Below are positions 50,260 through 60,059 of a stretch of 64,000 bases of DNA, piece by piece; position 1 is the stretch's first letter, and every line of letters starts with the position of its first letter. The position numbers and the translations under genes are program-made. This DNA comes from Candidatus Multivorans sp. (GTDB lineage Bacteria > Acidobacteriota > Thermoanaerobaculia > Multivoradales > Multivoraceae). The notes below the pieces were generated by a model that had not been told where the DNA came from, did not search any database, and worked only from the letters and a program-made list of their open reading frames with translations. Location: assembly GCA_965224025.1 (NCBI GenBank), contig OZ245033.1, forward strand, positions 3,872,001 through 3,936,000. Reading direction: 5' to 3'.

Positions 50260-53031
50260 GTGAAACGACCGCTTCAGACCACCCTCGCCATCTGCCTCCT
50301 GATTCTCGCCGTCGCCTGCGGCGACTCGGCGTCCGACCCTTCCGCTGGAACCGCCGACATCGTCGACATCCCCTACGCGAAGTACGTGCTCGACAACGGC
50401 CTCCGCCTGATCGTCCACGAGGACCACAAGGCGCCGATCGTGGCCGTCAACGTCTGGTACGACGTCGGCGCCGGCGACGAGAAGCCCGGCAAGACCGGCT
50501 TCGCGCACCTGTTCGAGCACCTGATGTTCAACGGCAGCGAGCACTTCAACGACGACTACTTCAAGCCCTTCGACCGCGTCGGCGCGACCGGCATGAACGG
50601 GACGACGAACCAGGACCGCACGAACTACTTCCAGGTCGTGCCGACGACGGCCCTTGACATGGCGCTGTGGATGGAGTCGGACCGCATGGGACACATGCGG
50701 GCGGCCGTGACCCAGGACCGGCTCGATGAGCAGCGCGGCGTGGTCCAGAACGAGAAGCGCCAGGGCGAGAACCAGCCCTACGGCAAGGTGTTCCTGACGA
50801 TCTTCGAGAACACCTATCCGGACGGTCACCCCTATGACCACTCGACGATCGGTTCGCTGGAGGACCTGAACGCCGCCTCGCTCGAAGACGTGCATGAGTG
50901 GTTCGACACCTGGTACGGCGCGGCCAACGCGGTGCTGGTGGTCGCCGGCGACGTCGAGGCCGAGGACGTCAAGGCGCGGGTCGAGAAGTACTTCGGCCAC
51001 ATCCCCTCGGGGCCGCCCCTGATCAAGCCCGATGTCTCCCTCGCGCGCCGCAATGAGGAGAGCCGTATCCTGCTCCAGGACCGCGTGCCGCAGGCGCGCA
51101 TCTACAAGGCCTGGAACGTCGCCACGGTGAAGGATGTCTCGGTCGACCACCTCAGTCTCGCCAGCGACATCCTGGCCGGCGGCAAGAGTTCGCGCCTCCA
51201 CAAGCGGCTTGTCTACGACGACCAGATCGCCACGGACGTCTCGGCGTTTGCGATGACACGCGAGTTCGGCAGCCTTTTCCTGGTCATTGCGACGGCTCAG
51301 CCGGACCAGGATCTGGCCGAGGTGGAAGCCGTGCTCGATGAAGAGCTTGGCGCCTTCCTCGAATCGGGCCCGACCCAGGCCGAGCTGGAGCGCGCGCAGG
51401 CCAGCCAGAAGGCGGTGTTCATCCGCGGCGTCGAGCGCATTGGCGGCTTCGGCGGCAAATCGGACGTCCTGGCCGCGAGCGAGGTCTATCTCGGCACCCC
51501 GGACGGCCACGCGCGAACCCAGGAGAACCTCGCGAACGCAACCGTGGTCGACGTTCACGGCGCAGCGGCCGAGTGGCTCTCGGCGGGCGCCCTCACCGTC
51601 GAAGTGCAATCCTTCCCCACCTACTCGGTAACGGAGAGCGCCGTGGATCGCTCGTCCGGACCGCCCGAGGTCACCGAGTTCCCCTCCGCCTCCTTCCCCG
51701 CGCGCGAGACGACGGAGCTGTCGAACGGCCTGAACGTCATCCTCGCCCAGCGCGACGCGATCCCGGTCGTGAACCTGACCCTGCAGCTCGATGCCGGCTA
51801 CGCCTCGGACCAGTTCTCGCTCGCCGGTACCGCGCGGATGGCGATGGACATGCTCGACGAGGGCACGTCGTCGCGGAACGCGCTCGAGATCTCGGAAGAG
51901 CTCGACACCCTCGGCGCCACGCTGGGCGCCGCTTCGACCCTGGACACCTCGCGGGTCATGATGAGCGCCCTCACTTCGAACCTCGACGCATCGCTCGATC
52001 TCTTCGCCGACGTGATTCTGAATCCGGCGTTCCCGGAAGACGAGTTCGACCGCCGGCGCAACCAACAACTCGCCGCCATCGGCCGCGAGAAGGTCCAACC
52101 GGTGTCGATGGCCCAGCGCGTCCTGCCGCGCATCCTCTACGGCGACGGCCACGCCTACAGCAACCCGCTGACCGGCTCGGGAACCGAGGCCTCGGTGAAC
52201 GAACTCACGCTCGAGTCCCTGCGCGCCTTCCATGACACCTGGTTCGTACCGAACAACGCCACCCTGATCGTCGTCGGCGACATCACGATGGCGGAACTGG
52301 AGCCCGCGGTCGAAGCCCGCTTCGCCGCTTGGGAACCCGGAGACGTGCCGGAGAAGAACCTGGCCGAGGTGGCGCCGCAGCCGGAGACGATCGTCTACCT
52401 GATCGACCGCCCGGACTCGGCGCAGTCGATCATCTTCGCCGGCCAGGTCGCGCCACCGAAGAACGACGCCGCGAACCTCCGGATCGAATCGATGAACGAC
52501 ATTCTCGGCGGCAGCTTCACTTCGCGGATCAACATGAACCTGCGCGAAGACAAGCACTGGTCGTACGGCGCCCGCGCCATTCTGCTGGACGCGGCAGGCC
52601 AGCGCCCCTACTACGCCTATGCGCCGGTCCAGACCGACAGGACGGCAGAGTCGATGGCCGAGATCGACAAGGAGCTGCGCGGTATCCGCGGCGGCGGCGG
52701 CAGACCCCCGACTCAGGCGGAACTCAGCCGGGTCACCGATCAGAACACGCTGACGCTGCCGGGCCGCTGGGAGACGAACTCGTCGGTGATGGCCAGCATT
52801 GCGGAGATGACCCGCTTCGGCTTGCCTTCTGACTACTGGGATACTTTCGCCGACGCTGTACGCACCGTCACCCTGGCCGACGTCAGGGCCCAGGCTGATC
52901 GCGTGCTGCAGCCGAACAGCCTGGTCTGGATCGTGGTCGGTGACCGGGTTCGGATCGAGGAGAAGATCCGAGCGTTGGGCCTGGGCGAGATGCGCTTCCT
53001 GGACGCCGACGGCAATCCGGTGGGCGGGTAG
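50260..53031 (+). CDS. M16 (pitrilysin/insulinase) zinc peptidase lipoprotein
   Basis: Lipobox LAVAC, HLFEH zinc motif, LREDKHWSYG; AGGAG RBS. Confidence 0.92.
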   Translation: MKRPLQTTLAICLLILAVACGDSASDPSAGTADIVDIPYAKYVLDNGLRLIVHEDHKAPIVAVNVWYDVGAGDEKPGKTGFAHLFEHLMFNGSEHFNDDYFKPFDRVGATGMNGTTNQDRTNYFQVVPTTALDMALWMESDRMGHMRAAVTQDRLDEQRGVVQNEKRQGENQPYGKVFLTIFENTYPDGHPYDHSTIGSLEDLNAASLEDVHEWFDTWYGAANAVLVVAGDVEAEDVKARVEKYFGHIPSGPPLIKPDVSLARRNEESRILLQDRVPQARIYKAWNVATVKDVSVDHLSLASDILAGGKSSRLHKRLVYDDQIATDVSAFAMTREFGSLFLVIATAQPDQDLAEVEAVLDEELGAFLESGPTQAELERAQASQKAVFIRGVERIGGFGGKSDVLAASEVYLGTPDGHARTQENLANATVVDVHGAAAEWLSAGALTVEVQSFPTYSVTESAVDRSSGPPEVTEFPSASFPARETTELSNGLNVILAQRDAIPVVNLTLQLDAGYASDQFSLAGTARMAMDMLDEGTSSRNALEISEELDTLGATLGAASTLDTSRVMMSALTSNLDASLDLFADVILNPAFPEDEFDRRRNQQLAAIGREKVQPVSMAQRVLPRILYGDGHAYSNPLTGSGTEASVNELTLESLRAFHDTWFVPNNATLIVVGDITMAELEPAVEARFAAWEPGDVPEKNLAEVAPQPETIVYLIDRPDSAQSIIFAGQVAPPKNDAANLRIESMNDILGGSFTSRINMNLREDKHWSYGARAILLDAAGQRPYYAYAPVQTDRTAESMAEIDKELRGIRGGGGRPPTQAELSRVTDQNTLTLPGRWETNSSVMASIAEMTRFGLPSDYWDTFADAVRTVTLADVRAQADRVLQPNSLVWIVVGDRVRIEEKIRALGLGEMRFLDADGNPVGG

Positions 53032-53036
53032 CCGAG

Positions 53037-53828
53037 CTAAAGGCTGGCGTCTCCCCCGCCCCTGGGAACGCGGGCGTCTCGCCCGCATCCGGCGTTTTCA
53101 GACTCGTCTTCCGGCCAGTGGAGGATTCGCCTGGCGCCGGCGAACTCCACGGTCCGGCAGTCCTCGGACACGGTCCGCAGCAACGCAAACCGGGGTGTGT
53201 CCGCGATCTCGACCAGCCCGTGCTGCACCGACGACGCGAACAATCTCTCCTGCTCGTCGAGGCGCAGTGAATCGGGATCGAGGGTGTCGGTGCGGCCATT
53301 GTTGAGGTCGGCAACGACATCGCAGGCACCAGCCTCGGCATCGTCCCGTAGCTGAATCGCAACGAGAGGCGTGGTGGCGCAGTCGAGGTAGCACTTGTCC
53401 CACCAGCCGTCGTTGACGCGGTACTCCACGAAGTAGACGCCGAGCGCCTCCTCGAAGGCGATGTGCTGGATGAAGAAGCGGCGGATGCGGTCGGCCACGG
53501 GACGGCCCTTCCAGACCCAGCGCCGTTCGGCGTCCACCGTGATCGGCGGATAGTGGAAGGACATCAGGGCGTTGTCGAAAGTGCGGCCCCCCGCCACGGC
53601 GCGGGCCAGCGGAACCGGAAAGTAGGTGCCCCGCTCGAGCAAGTCGAGCCGGCCCGGCAACTCCTCGGCGACGACCGCTACGACCGCCGGATCCCTTGCG
53701 GCCTCCGAGTCCGACAACGCTTCCCGGTCAGCCGGCGCCAGCGGGTTGCGGAACCGCGCCTTGTGGGACAGGAAGATAGTGATCCCCCGAGGCCACAGCC
53801 GCTCGCACGCCCGAACCAGTTCGTCCAT
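53037..53828 (-). CDS. Hypothetical protein (C-part DUF1285-like)
   Basis: ORF directly downstream of the RND gene; ITVDAERRWVWKGRPV pattern; C-terminus encoded by repeat copy 5. Confidence 0.6.
   Translation of the reverse strand: MDELVRACERLWPRGITIFLSHKARFRNPLAPADREALSDSEAARDPAVVAVVAEELPGRLDLLERGTYFPVPLARAVAGGRTFDNALMSFHYPPITVDAERRWVWKGRPVADRIRRFFIQHIAFEEALGVYFVEYRVNDGWWDKCYLDCATTPLVAIQLRDDAEAGACDVVADLNNGRTDTLDPDSLRLDEQERLFASSVQHGLVEIADTPRFALLRTVSEDCRTVEFAGARRILHWPEDESENAGCGRDARVPRGGGDASL
53046..53092 (-). repeat. Short REP unit (hairpin 1 plus partial second), copy 5
   Basis: Reverse complement CCGGATGCGGGCGAGACGCCCGCGTTCCCAGG matches both ends of the long element. Confidence 0.85.
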
Positions 53829-53857
53829 GGCTACGAGTCGCCTGGCGCCAACCGGCT

Positions 53858-56800
53858 CTATCTGCCTCCGGGCTGCGGCACCGGCTCGGGCTCCACCCGC
53901 TCCCCCCCGAACACCAGCCAGCGCACACCGTGCTTGAGATCCTCGATCATCATGTACAGGCACGGAACGAGAACCAGGGCGATGCCGGTAACGAACAGGA
54001 CGCCGAAACCGAGGCTGAGAGCCATCGGAACGAGCCATTGGGCCTGGTTCGAACGTTCCAGGATGATCGGCATCAAGCCGAAGAAGGTCGTCAGCGAGGT
54101 CAGGACGACCGGCCTCACGCGCCGGGTCACCCCGCCGATCACCGCATCCAGCGCGCTCTTGCCTTCATTCCGCAACTGGTTCACCGCATCGATCAGCACC
54201 AGGGAGTCGTTGACCACGACGCCGGCCAGCGCGACCAAGCCGAAGATGCTCAAGAAACTTAGGTCGTAGCCCATCACCAGGTGGCCGATCACGGCCCCGA
54301 ACATGCCGAAGGGCACCGCCGCCAGAATCACGATCGGCTGCAGGTAGCTGCGGAAGGCGACTGCCATCAGCGCATACATCGCGAGCATCGCGATGCCCAG
54401 GCCCTTGGCCAGAGACCCCACGGCCTCGGCCTGCGCTTCCTGCTCGCCGCTGAAGTTGAACGTCAGGCCGGGCGTGTCGGCCACCACGTCGGGAAGGATG
54501 TCGCGCGCCAGGCCGGCGCGGATGTCGTTGCCGGTCGTCAGCGTGGGATCGATATCCGAAGTCACGGTCACGGTGCGACGGCCGTCGACGCGCAGGATCT
54601 CGGTGAACGAGGTCCCGCGGCTCACGTAGGCGGCCTGGTGGAGCGGGATCTCACCGCCGGCCGGAGTCCGGATGAGCAGGTTCTCGATCGCATGGACCGA
54701 ATCACGCTCTTCCTTCGGCAGGCGAACGTAGACCCGCAACTCGTCGCGCCCCCGCTGCTGCCGGCTGGCCTCGGCGCCGAAGAACGCGCCCCTGACCTGG
54801 GCCGCGAGATCGACCTCCGTCAGGCCCAACCCCTTGGCGGCGGGCTTGAGCTCCAGGTCCAGTTGCGGCTTGCCGACCTTGAAGCCGTCGTCGACATCGA
54901 AGACACCGGCGTAGTTCGCAAGCCCCGCGGCCACCCGCGCAGCGGCCGCTTCGAGGGGAGGGGTGTCGGTGTGCTCGAGCTGAACCGAGACCTTCGCGCC
55001 GGCCGACGGGCCGTCGTTGTAGTCGAACGACAGGCGGTCCACGCCGGTAACGTCACCCACCCGCTCGCGCCAGCGCCGCGTGAACTCGGCCGAACCGAAC
55101 TCGCGGTCGCCGTCCGGAACCAGGTAGGCGGTAACGACCGCCACGTGACCGCCGGTCGCGGGAATGCCGCCGCCCGGACCGAACGCCCCGGTGTCGGCAC
55201 TTCCGACCCGCGCCCTGATCCCCTCGAAGACGGTCTCGGCGGTCGAGCCGTCGCGCCGCGGACGCATTCGTCCCTCCGCCACGAGTTCGGCGCCGACCTC
55301 CTCGGCGGCGCGGGTCACCAGGCGCACCACCTCACGCGTGTCCGCCACCGGCGCGCCGAAGGGCAGTTCGATCACCCCGTTTGCGAACTCGCCCTCGATC
55401 TGGGGAAAGAAGTTGAACTTCAGGTGTCCACCGGCGACCACACTGACGGCCACGATGAGTCCCGCGACGAGGACGGCCACGGTCAGGTACCGGTCGCGCA
55501 CCAGCCGCCGGGTCAGCGGCGGCACCCGCGCCGCGATGACCCGCTCGACCCACTCGGAGAAGCGGAGCTGTTGGGCCGCCAGCCGCCTGAACGGATTGAT
55601 CGACCGCCGCCTGCGCCCCCTCCTGCCCCGCAGCTTGGTCCGTCCCACGTGCCGCAGGTGCGCCGGCAGGATGAACACGGACTCCACCAGCGAGAACACG
55701 AGGACCGGGATGACGATCAGCGGAATGTTGCGGAAGAACTTGCCGGTGATGCCGGGCACGACCGCCAGGGGAATGAACGCGATGATCGTCGTGACGACGG
55801 CGAACACGACCGGCGTCAGGACTTCGCGGGTTCCGACGATTGCGGCCTCGAGCCGGTTGTCGCTGCGGCGGTGGTAGAAGATCGCCTCGCCGACCACGAC
55901 GGCGTCGTCCACCGCGATGCCCAGCACCAGGATGAAGGCGAACAGGGAGATCATGTTGATCGACACGCCGAACATCGAGATGAGGAAGAACGAGCCGCAG
56001 AAGGCGATCCCGATGCCGGCGCTGACCCAGAAGGCGACCGCGGGCCGCAGGAAGAGGCCCAGCACCGTGATCACCAGGATCAGGCCGAGAAGCCCGTTCC
56101 TGCCCAGGATCGACAGGCGGTCGCGATAGTCCTCCGACTCGTCGGCGACGATCGCCAGATCCACCGTGTCGGGAAGCGTGCCCCGGCGGCGCTCGAGCAG
56201 GTCGTACACCGCGCTCGAGACCGAGAGCGGCACCTCGGCGCCCACCCGGAACACCTGCAGGTCGACCGCCGTCTGGCCGTTGTAGAGAAGCTCCTCGTCC
56301 GTCTCCCGGTAGCCGTCGATCACCTCGGCCACGTCGCGAAGGCGCACGCGGGTACCGTCGGCGCGGGCGATCAGCGTGATGTCCCGGAACTCCTCCCCGT
56401 AGTCGCGCCGCTCCGTGGTGCGCACCAGCACCTCGCCGCCCTCGGTCTTGACTGAGCCGCCCGGCAGGTCGATCGAGGCGGCACGCACGGCGGCCGAGAT
56501 CTGGGGCAGGGTGAGGCCATAGCGACGGAGGTTCTCCGACGACACTTCGACACTGATTTCGGGCGGCGGAAGGCCCGCTTTCTCGACCAGGGTGATTCGG
56601 TCATCGGAGAGCAGTTCGCTACGGATCTCCTCGGCGAGCCGGTCGAGGGACTTGACGTCCACGTCGCCATGAACAAGCAGCGACAGGACCTGCCTGCGGT
56701 TCGTGACCAGGGAGATCACCGGCCGCTCGGCATCCTGCGGGAAGGACGTGATCCGGTCCACCGCACTCTTGATGTCGTTCAGGGTGCGGTCGGAGTTCGC

Positions 56801-57133
56801 GCTCTGAAGCAGCTCGGCCATCACCGTGCCGAGCCCTTCGACGGAGATCGAGTTGATCTTCTTGATGCCGTCGAGAGAACTGATCTCCTCCTCGATCGCG
56901 AGAACAGCGCCCTCTTCCACTTCCTGCGGCGATGCCCCCGGATAGGCGACGACGACGGTCACCCTGTCCATCTCGATCTCGGGAAACACCTCCCGCTTGA
57001 TGCTCAGCGCGAACAGGATCCCGCCAACGACCAGCACGAACATCAGCAGATTCGCCGCCACCGGGTTGGAGGCCATCCACCCGATCGGCCCCTTCTTGTC
57101 GACGGGACCGTGGTCGTGGGACATCAGACTCAT
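53858..57133 (-). CDS. RND efflux permease (AcrB/AcrD/AcrF family)
   Basis: LGIAVDDAVVVGE, GVVVNDSLV, RVRPVVLTSLTT; 12-TM layout. Confidence 0.93.
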   Translation of the reverse strand: MSLMSHDHGPVDKKGPIGWMASNPVAANLLMFVLVVGGILFALSIKREVFPEIEMDRVTVVVAYPGASPQEVEEGAVLAIEEEISSLDGIKKINSISVEGLGTVMAELLQSANSDRTLNDIKSAVDRITSFPQDAERPVISLVTNRRQVLSLLVHGDVDVKSLDRLAEEIRSELLSDDRITLVEKAGLPPPEISVEVSSENLRRYGLTLPQISAAVRAASIDLPGGSVKTEGGEVLVRTTERRDYGEEFRDITLIARADGTRVRLRDVAEVIDGYRETDEELLYNGQTAVDLQVFRVGAEVPLSVSSAVYDLLERRRGTLPDTVDLAIVADESEDYRDRLSILGRNGLLGLILVITVLGLFLRPAVAFWVSAGIGIAFCGSFFLISMFGVSINMISLFAFILVLGIAVDDAVVVGEAIFYHRRSDNRLEAAIVGTREVLTPVVFAVVTTIIAFIPLAVVPGITGKFFRNIPLIVIPVLVFSLVESVFILPAHLRHVGRTKLRGRRGRRRRSINPFRRLAAQQLRFSEWVERVIAARVPPLTRRLVRDRYLTVAVLVAGLIVAVSVVAGGHLKFNFFPQIEGEFANGVIELPFGAPVADTREVVRLVTRAAEEVGAELVAEGRMRPRRDGSTAETVFEGIRARVGSADTGAFGPGGGIPATGGHVAVVTAYLVPDGDREFGSAEFTRRWRERVGDVTGVDRLSFDYNDGPSAGAKVSVQLEHTDTPPLEAAAARVAAGLANYAGVFDVDDGFKVGKPQLDLELKPAAKGLGLTEVDLAAQVRGAFFGAEASRQQRGRDELRVYVRLPKEERDSVHAIENLLIRTPAGGEIPLHQAAYVSRGTSFTEILRVDGRRTVTVTSDIDPTLTTGNDIRAGLARDILPDVVADTPGLTFNFSGEQEAQAEAVGSLAKGLGIAMLAMYALMAVAFRSYLQPIVILAAVPFGMFGAVIGHLVMGYDLSFLSIFGLVALAGVVVNDSLVLIDAVNQLRNEGKSALDAVIGGVTRRVRPVVLTSLTTFFGLMPIILERSNQAQWLVPMALSLGFGVLFVTGIALVLVPCLYMMIEDLKHGVRWLVFGGERVEPEPVPQPGGR

Positions 57134-58398
57134 GGCGACACCGCGGCGCCTTCCGCTCCGCTCCCCCACGCCGAGACATCCCAGCGACTCGCCACAGACA
57201 GGAACTCCGACGCGACCATCGGCGGCGCATCGTCGACCCGGCGCAGCTTCATCCCTTCAATCGGGGTCGCAAGGCGACTGGTCACGACCAGGTCCCCGTC
57301 GTTCAGGCCGCTGTCGATGCAAACGCTGTCCTCAAAGCGCCACGCGACTTCGACCGCGCGTGACTCGAGGCGCCCCTCGCTGTACATCCGCAGATTCTTC
57401 CCTTCGTGCAGCCAATCGCGGGGCAACTCGAACAGGTCGCGGACGGTGGCGCCCTCGAGCATCAGATCGACATAGCTGTCGAGCAGAAGCAACCCGCGGC
57501 GACCGGCTCTGCCGGCCCCACTCTCGAGTCCGAGCGGATCCGCGACTTCGACCAGCACCCGGGCCATCCGGCCGGCGGTGTCGAGATCGCCCAGAAGACG
57601 GACGATGCGGCCCGGCAGAACGTCAGCGTTCTCCGGATCGAGCCGCACCATGGCCCGCGAACCAAGGGCGGCCCCGTGCAGACCCGGCACCCTCAGTTGA
57701 TCGAGTTCCTCCGTGCGGACCGCGGCGCGCACCCAGAAGGCATTCGTACCCGCCAAGGTCACTGCCTGACTCTGCGGCGTCACTATCTGCCCGACCTCGA
57801 TCGACTCGGAGAGAACCACCGCGTTGAAGGGACTACGGACGACCGTGCGCTCCATGTCCAGTCTGGCCCGCGCGAGGTTGGCGCGCGCCGTCTGGACAGC
57901 CGAGAGCCGCGAGCGCAGTTGCGGCTCCCGCAGGGCAAGCGAAGCCGCCTTCTGTTCCGCATCCAGCTCGTCCTGGAACAACTCCCACTCCCGCTCGGCG
58001 ACGCGGCCCCGGCCCTGTTCGAGTTGCAACTGGGCCGCCGCCTCAGCGACCGCGGCGGTGGCCCTGGCCACCGCCAGCTTGAAGTCGGCGTCCTCGATCG
58101 CGAAGATCAGGTCGCCTTCCCGGAGGATGGTCCCGGGAGCGAGGTTTGCCGCCGCAACATCGATGCGGCCGCTGACCTGGGGCTGCACGACGACCCGCTG
58201 GGCCGGTACGACGGTGCCCTGCGCTTCGACGTCGATGCGCCGCGGAAGACGCCTCACTTCGGCTACTTCGACCAACACGCCCGAGTCGTCAGGCGGGACC
58301 TGCACCGCCTGCGGGCGGGAACGGATGATCCCCAGCGCGGCCGCCACACTGACCGCCAACACGAGCACGACGAGTCCAACCCGGGCCAGAGTGGCCAT
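57130..58398 (-). CDS. RND periplasmic adaptor (MFP)
   Basis: N-terminal anchor, PQVSG lipoyl half, coiled hairpin, VRSPFNA. Confidence 0.9.
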   Translation of the reverse strand: MATLARVGLVVLVLAVSVAAALGIIRSRPQAVQVPPDDSGVLVEVAEVRRLPRRIDVEAQGTVVPAQRVVVQPQVSGRIDVAAANLAPGTILREGDLIFAIEDADFKLAVARATAAVAEAAAQLQLEQGRGRVAEREWELFQDELDAEQKAASLALREPQLRSRLSAVQTARANLARARLDMERTVVRSPFNAVVLSESIEVGQIVTPQSQAVTLAGTNAFWVRAAVRTEELDQLRVPGLHGAALGSRAMVRLDPENADVLPGRIVRLLGDLDTAGRMARVLVEVADPLGLESGAGRAGRRGLLLLDSYVDLMLEGATVRDLFELPRDWLHEGKNLRMYSEGRLESRAVEVAWRFEDSVCIDSGLNDGDLVVTSRLATPIEGMKLRRVDDAPPMVASEFLSVASRWDVSAWGSGAEGAAVSP

Positions 58399-59906
58399 CA
58401 GAATGCTCCTCCCGTGCCGATCGTCTGAGGACCCGCCGCCAGTTGGGCTGCCAGCCGCTCAACGGACGTACCCGGCGCAAAGCCCAGCGCCCGGCAGAGC
58501 TGCAGCCGGCTGCCGAGCTGCTGGCGCCGGGCGTCGATCAATGCCTGCTCGAGTCCCTGCTGCGAGAGCAGCGCGGTCAGCACGTTCAGGTAGTCCGTGG
58601 CGCCCTCCCGGTACGACTCGCTGGTCAGGAGCAGCACCCGGCGCGCCTCCCCGAGCCGCTCCTGGAGGTTGACGACCAGTTCGCGGGTGCTCCGACCCAC
58701 CGCAAGCGCCGTCTGCACCTCCCCGACGGCATTCACCAGCGACTGCGCATAGGCGTAGAGACTCTCTTCGGCCGCCGCGTATGCCTGGTCGATGCGAGCC
58801 CGCCGTCCGCCGGCGCCGTAGAGAGCCTGCGACGCGGTACCGCCGATCTGCCGCACCAGGTCGTCCAGCACGTCGACGATCTCCAGCGCGCGACCGGTCA
58901 AGAGGGCGTTCAGCGACAGCGAGGGCAACCACTCCTTCACCGCCGCCGCCGCGCGCCGGTCGGCGGCCTCGACCCGGCGGCGCGCCGCCAGCAGATCGGG
59001 CCGACGCTCCAGCAACTCGGCCGGCACGCCGAGGCCTGGCCGGTCGGCTGCCTCCAGAAGCGGCCCGAGACCCGGTGAGTCAGCGGGCGTCTGGCGCTCC
59101 GCACTGCCCAGGAGGACAGCGAGCTGGAAGTCCAGTGATTCGAGCCGGCCACGAGCCAGGTCGATCTGGCCCTGCAGACTCAGCAACTGCTCGCGTTGGC
59201 GGCCGATGTCCTGAGCGGGGCCCAATCCCTGCCCGAACCGCAACTGAGTGAGTTCCAGGAATCGCTCCGAAGTCTGCTGCTGGCTCTCGAGGAGAGCAAT
59301 CAACTCTCGTTCCGCCACGATGCCGAACCAGACTTCGGCCAGCACCGACGACAGGCTGATGGCCAGCGAGCGCAGATCCTGAACGCTCGCCTCGGCATCC
59401 AGCAGGGCCGCCACTTCCCGATTCCGCAGCCGGCCCCAGAGATCGATCTCGAAGCCAGCCGCCAGACTCGCGTCGTATGCCGCGCCCTGCAGAAGGAACT
59501 GGTTGACGATCCCGCTGCTCGGAAAGGTGAGATCATTCCCCGCCAGGGTGGCGTCGAGACGCGGCATCAGGTAAGCGCCGCTCTCGCGGGCGCGGGCATC
59601 GGCCGCCTCGACTCGGCTCCACGCGGCCTGAAGGTCGAAGCTCTGACCGGCAAGACGGTCCTGCAGGTCCCGCAGGGTCTCATCGCCCAGTACGCCGCAG
59701 GCGCCGGGCGCCTCCGCGGCGCTCATCTGGTCGATGCCCCGATCGAACTCGGCGGGCGTTTCCGCCACCTCCGGAATGCGGTCGAGCACGCTCGTGTGCG
59801 CGCAGCCCAGCACCACCGCAGCCAGAACGCCGACCGCGACAAAAGTCCCATACGCCCGAGAAGATGGGCCTTGGGCGCGGGCAGCCGTATCGAGTGGGCA
59901 ACGCAT
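58398..59906 (-). CDS. TolC/OprM-family outer membrane lipoprotein (start uncertain)
   Basis: Lipobox VLGC, FEIDLWG, PAELLERRPDL, LCRALG. Confidence 0.9.
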   Translation of the reverse strand: MRCPLDTAARAQGPSSRAYGTFVAVGVLAAVVLGCAHTSVLDRIPEVAETPAEFDRGIDQMSAAEAPGACGVLGDETLRDLQDRLAGQSFDLQAAWSRVEAADARARESGAYLMPRLDATLAGNDLTFPSSGIVNQFLLQGAAYDASLAAGFEIDLWGRLRNREVAALLDAEASVQDLRSLAISLSSVLAEVWFGIVAERELIALLESQQQTSERFLELTQLRFGQGLGPAQDIGRQREQLLSLQGQIDLARGRLESLDFQLAVLLGSAERQTPADSPGLGPLLEAADRPGLGVPAELLERRPDLLAARRRVEAADRRAAAAVKEWLPSLSLNALLTGRALEIVDVLDDLVRQIGGTASQALYGAGGRRARIDQAYAAAEESLYAYAQSLVNAVGEVQTALAVGRSTRELVVNLQERLGEARRVLLLTSESYREGATDYLNVLTALLSQQGLEQALIDARRQQLGSRLQLCRALGFAPGTSVERLAAQLAAGPQTIGTGGAF

Positions 59907-59945
59907 GGGCGACAAAGCGGCGGGAACTGGCAACTCTATGCCAAT

Positions 59946-60044
59946 CCGGATACGTCTTCCCGCTACGGAAGTTCCATCCGTGCGCTCGATGACTCGCGTA
60001 CGGAGTGGTTCGCAGGTGGCGCCGACCGCCCCACCTGGGTTCCG
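59946..60044 (+). repeat. Three-hairpin REP-like element, copy 3 (diverged, intergenic)
   Basis: CCGGAT...GTTCCATCCGTGCGC...CGGAGTGGTTCGCAGGTGGCGC...CCACCTGGGTTCC. Confidence 0.8.
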
Positions 60045-60059
60045 AAGCGGCGCGGAGAT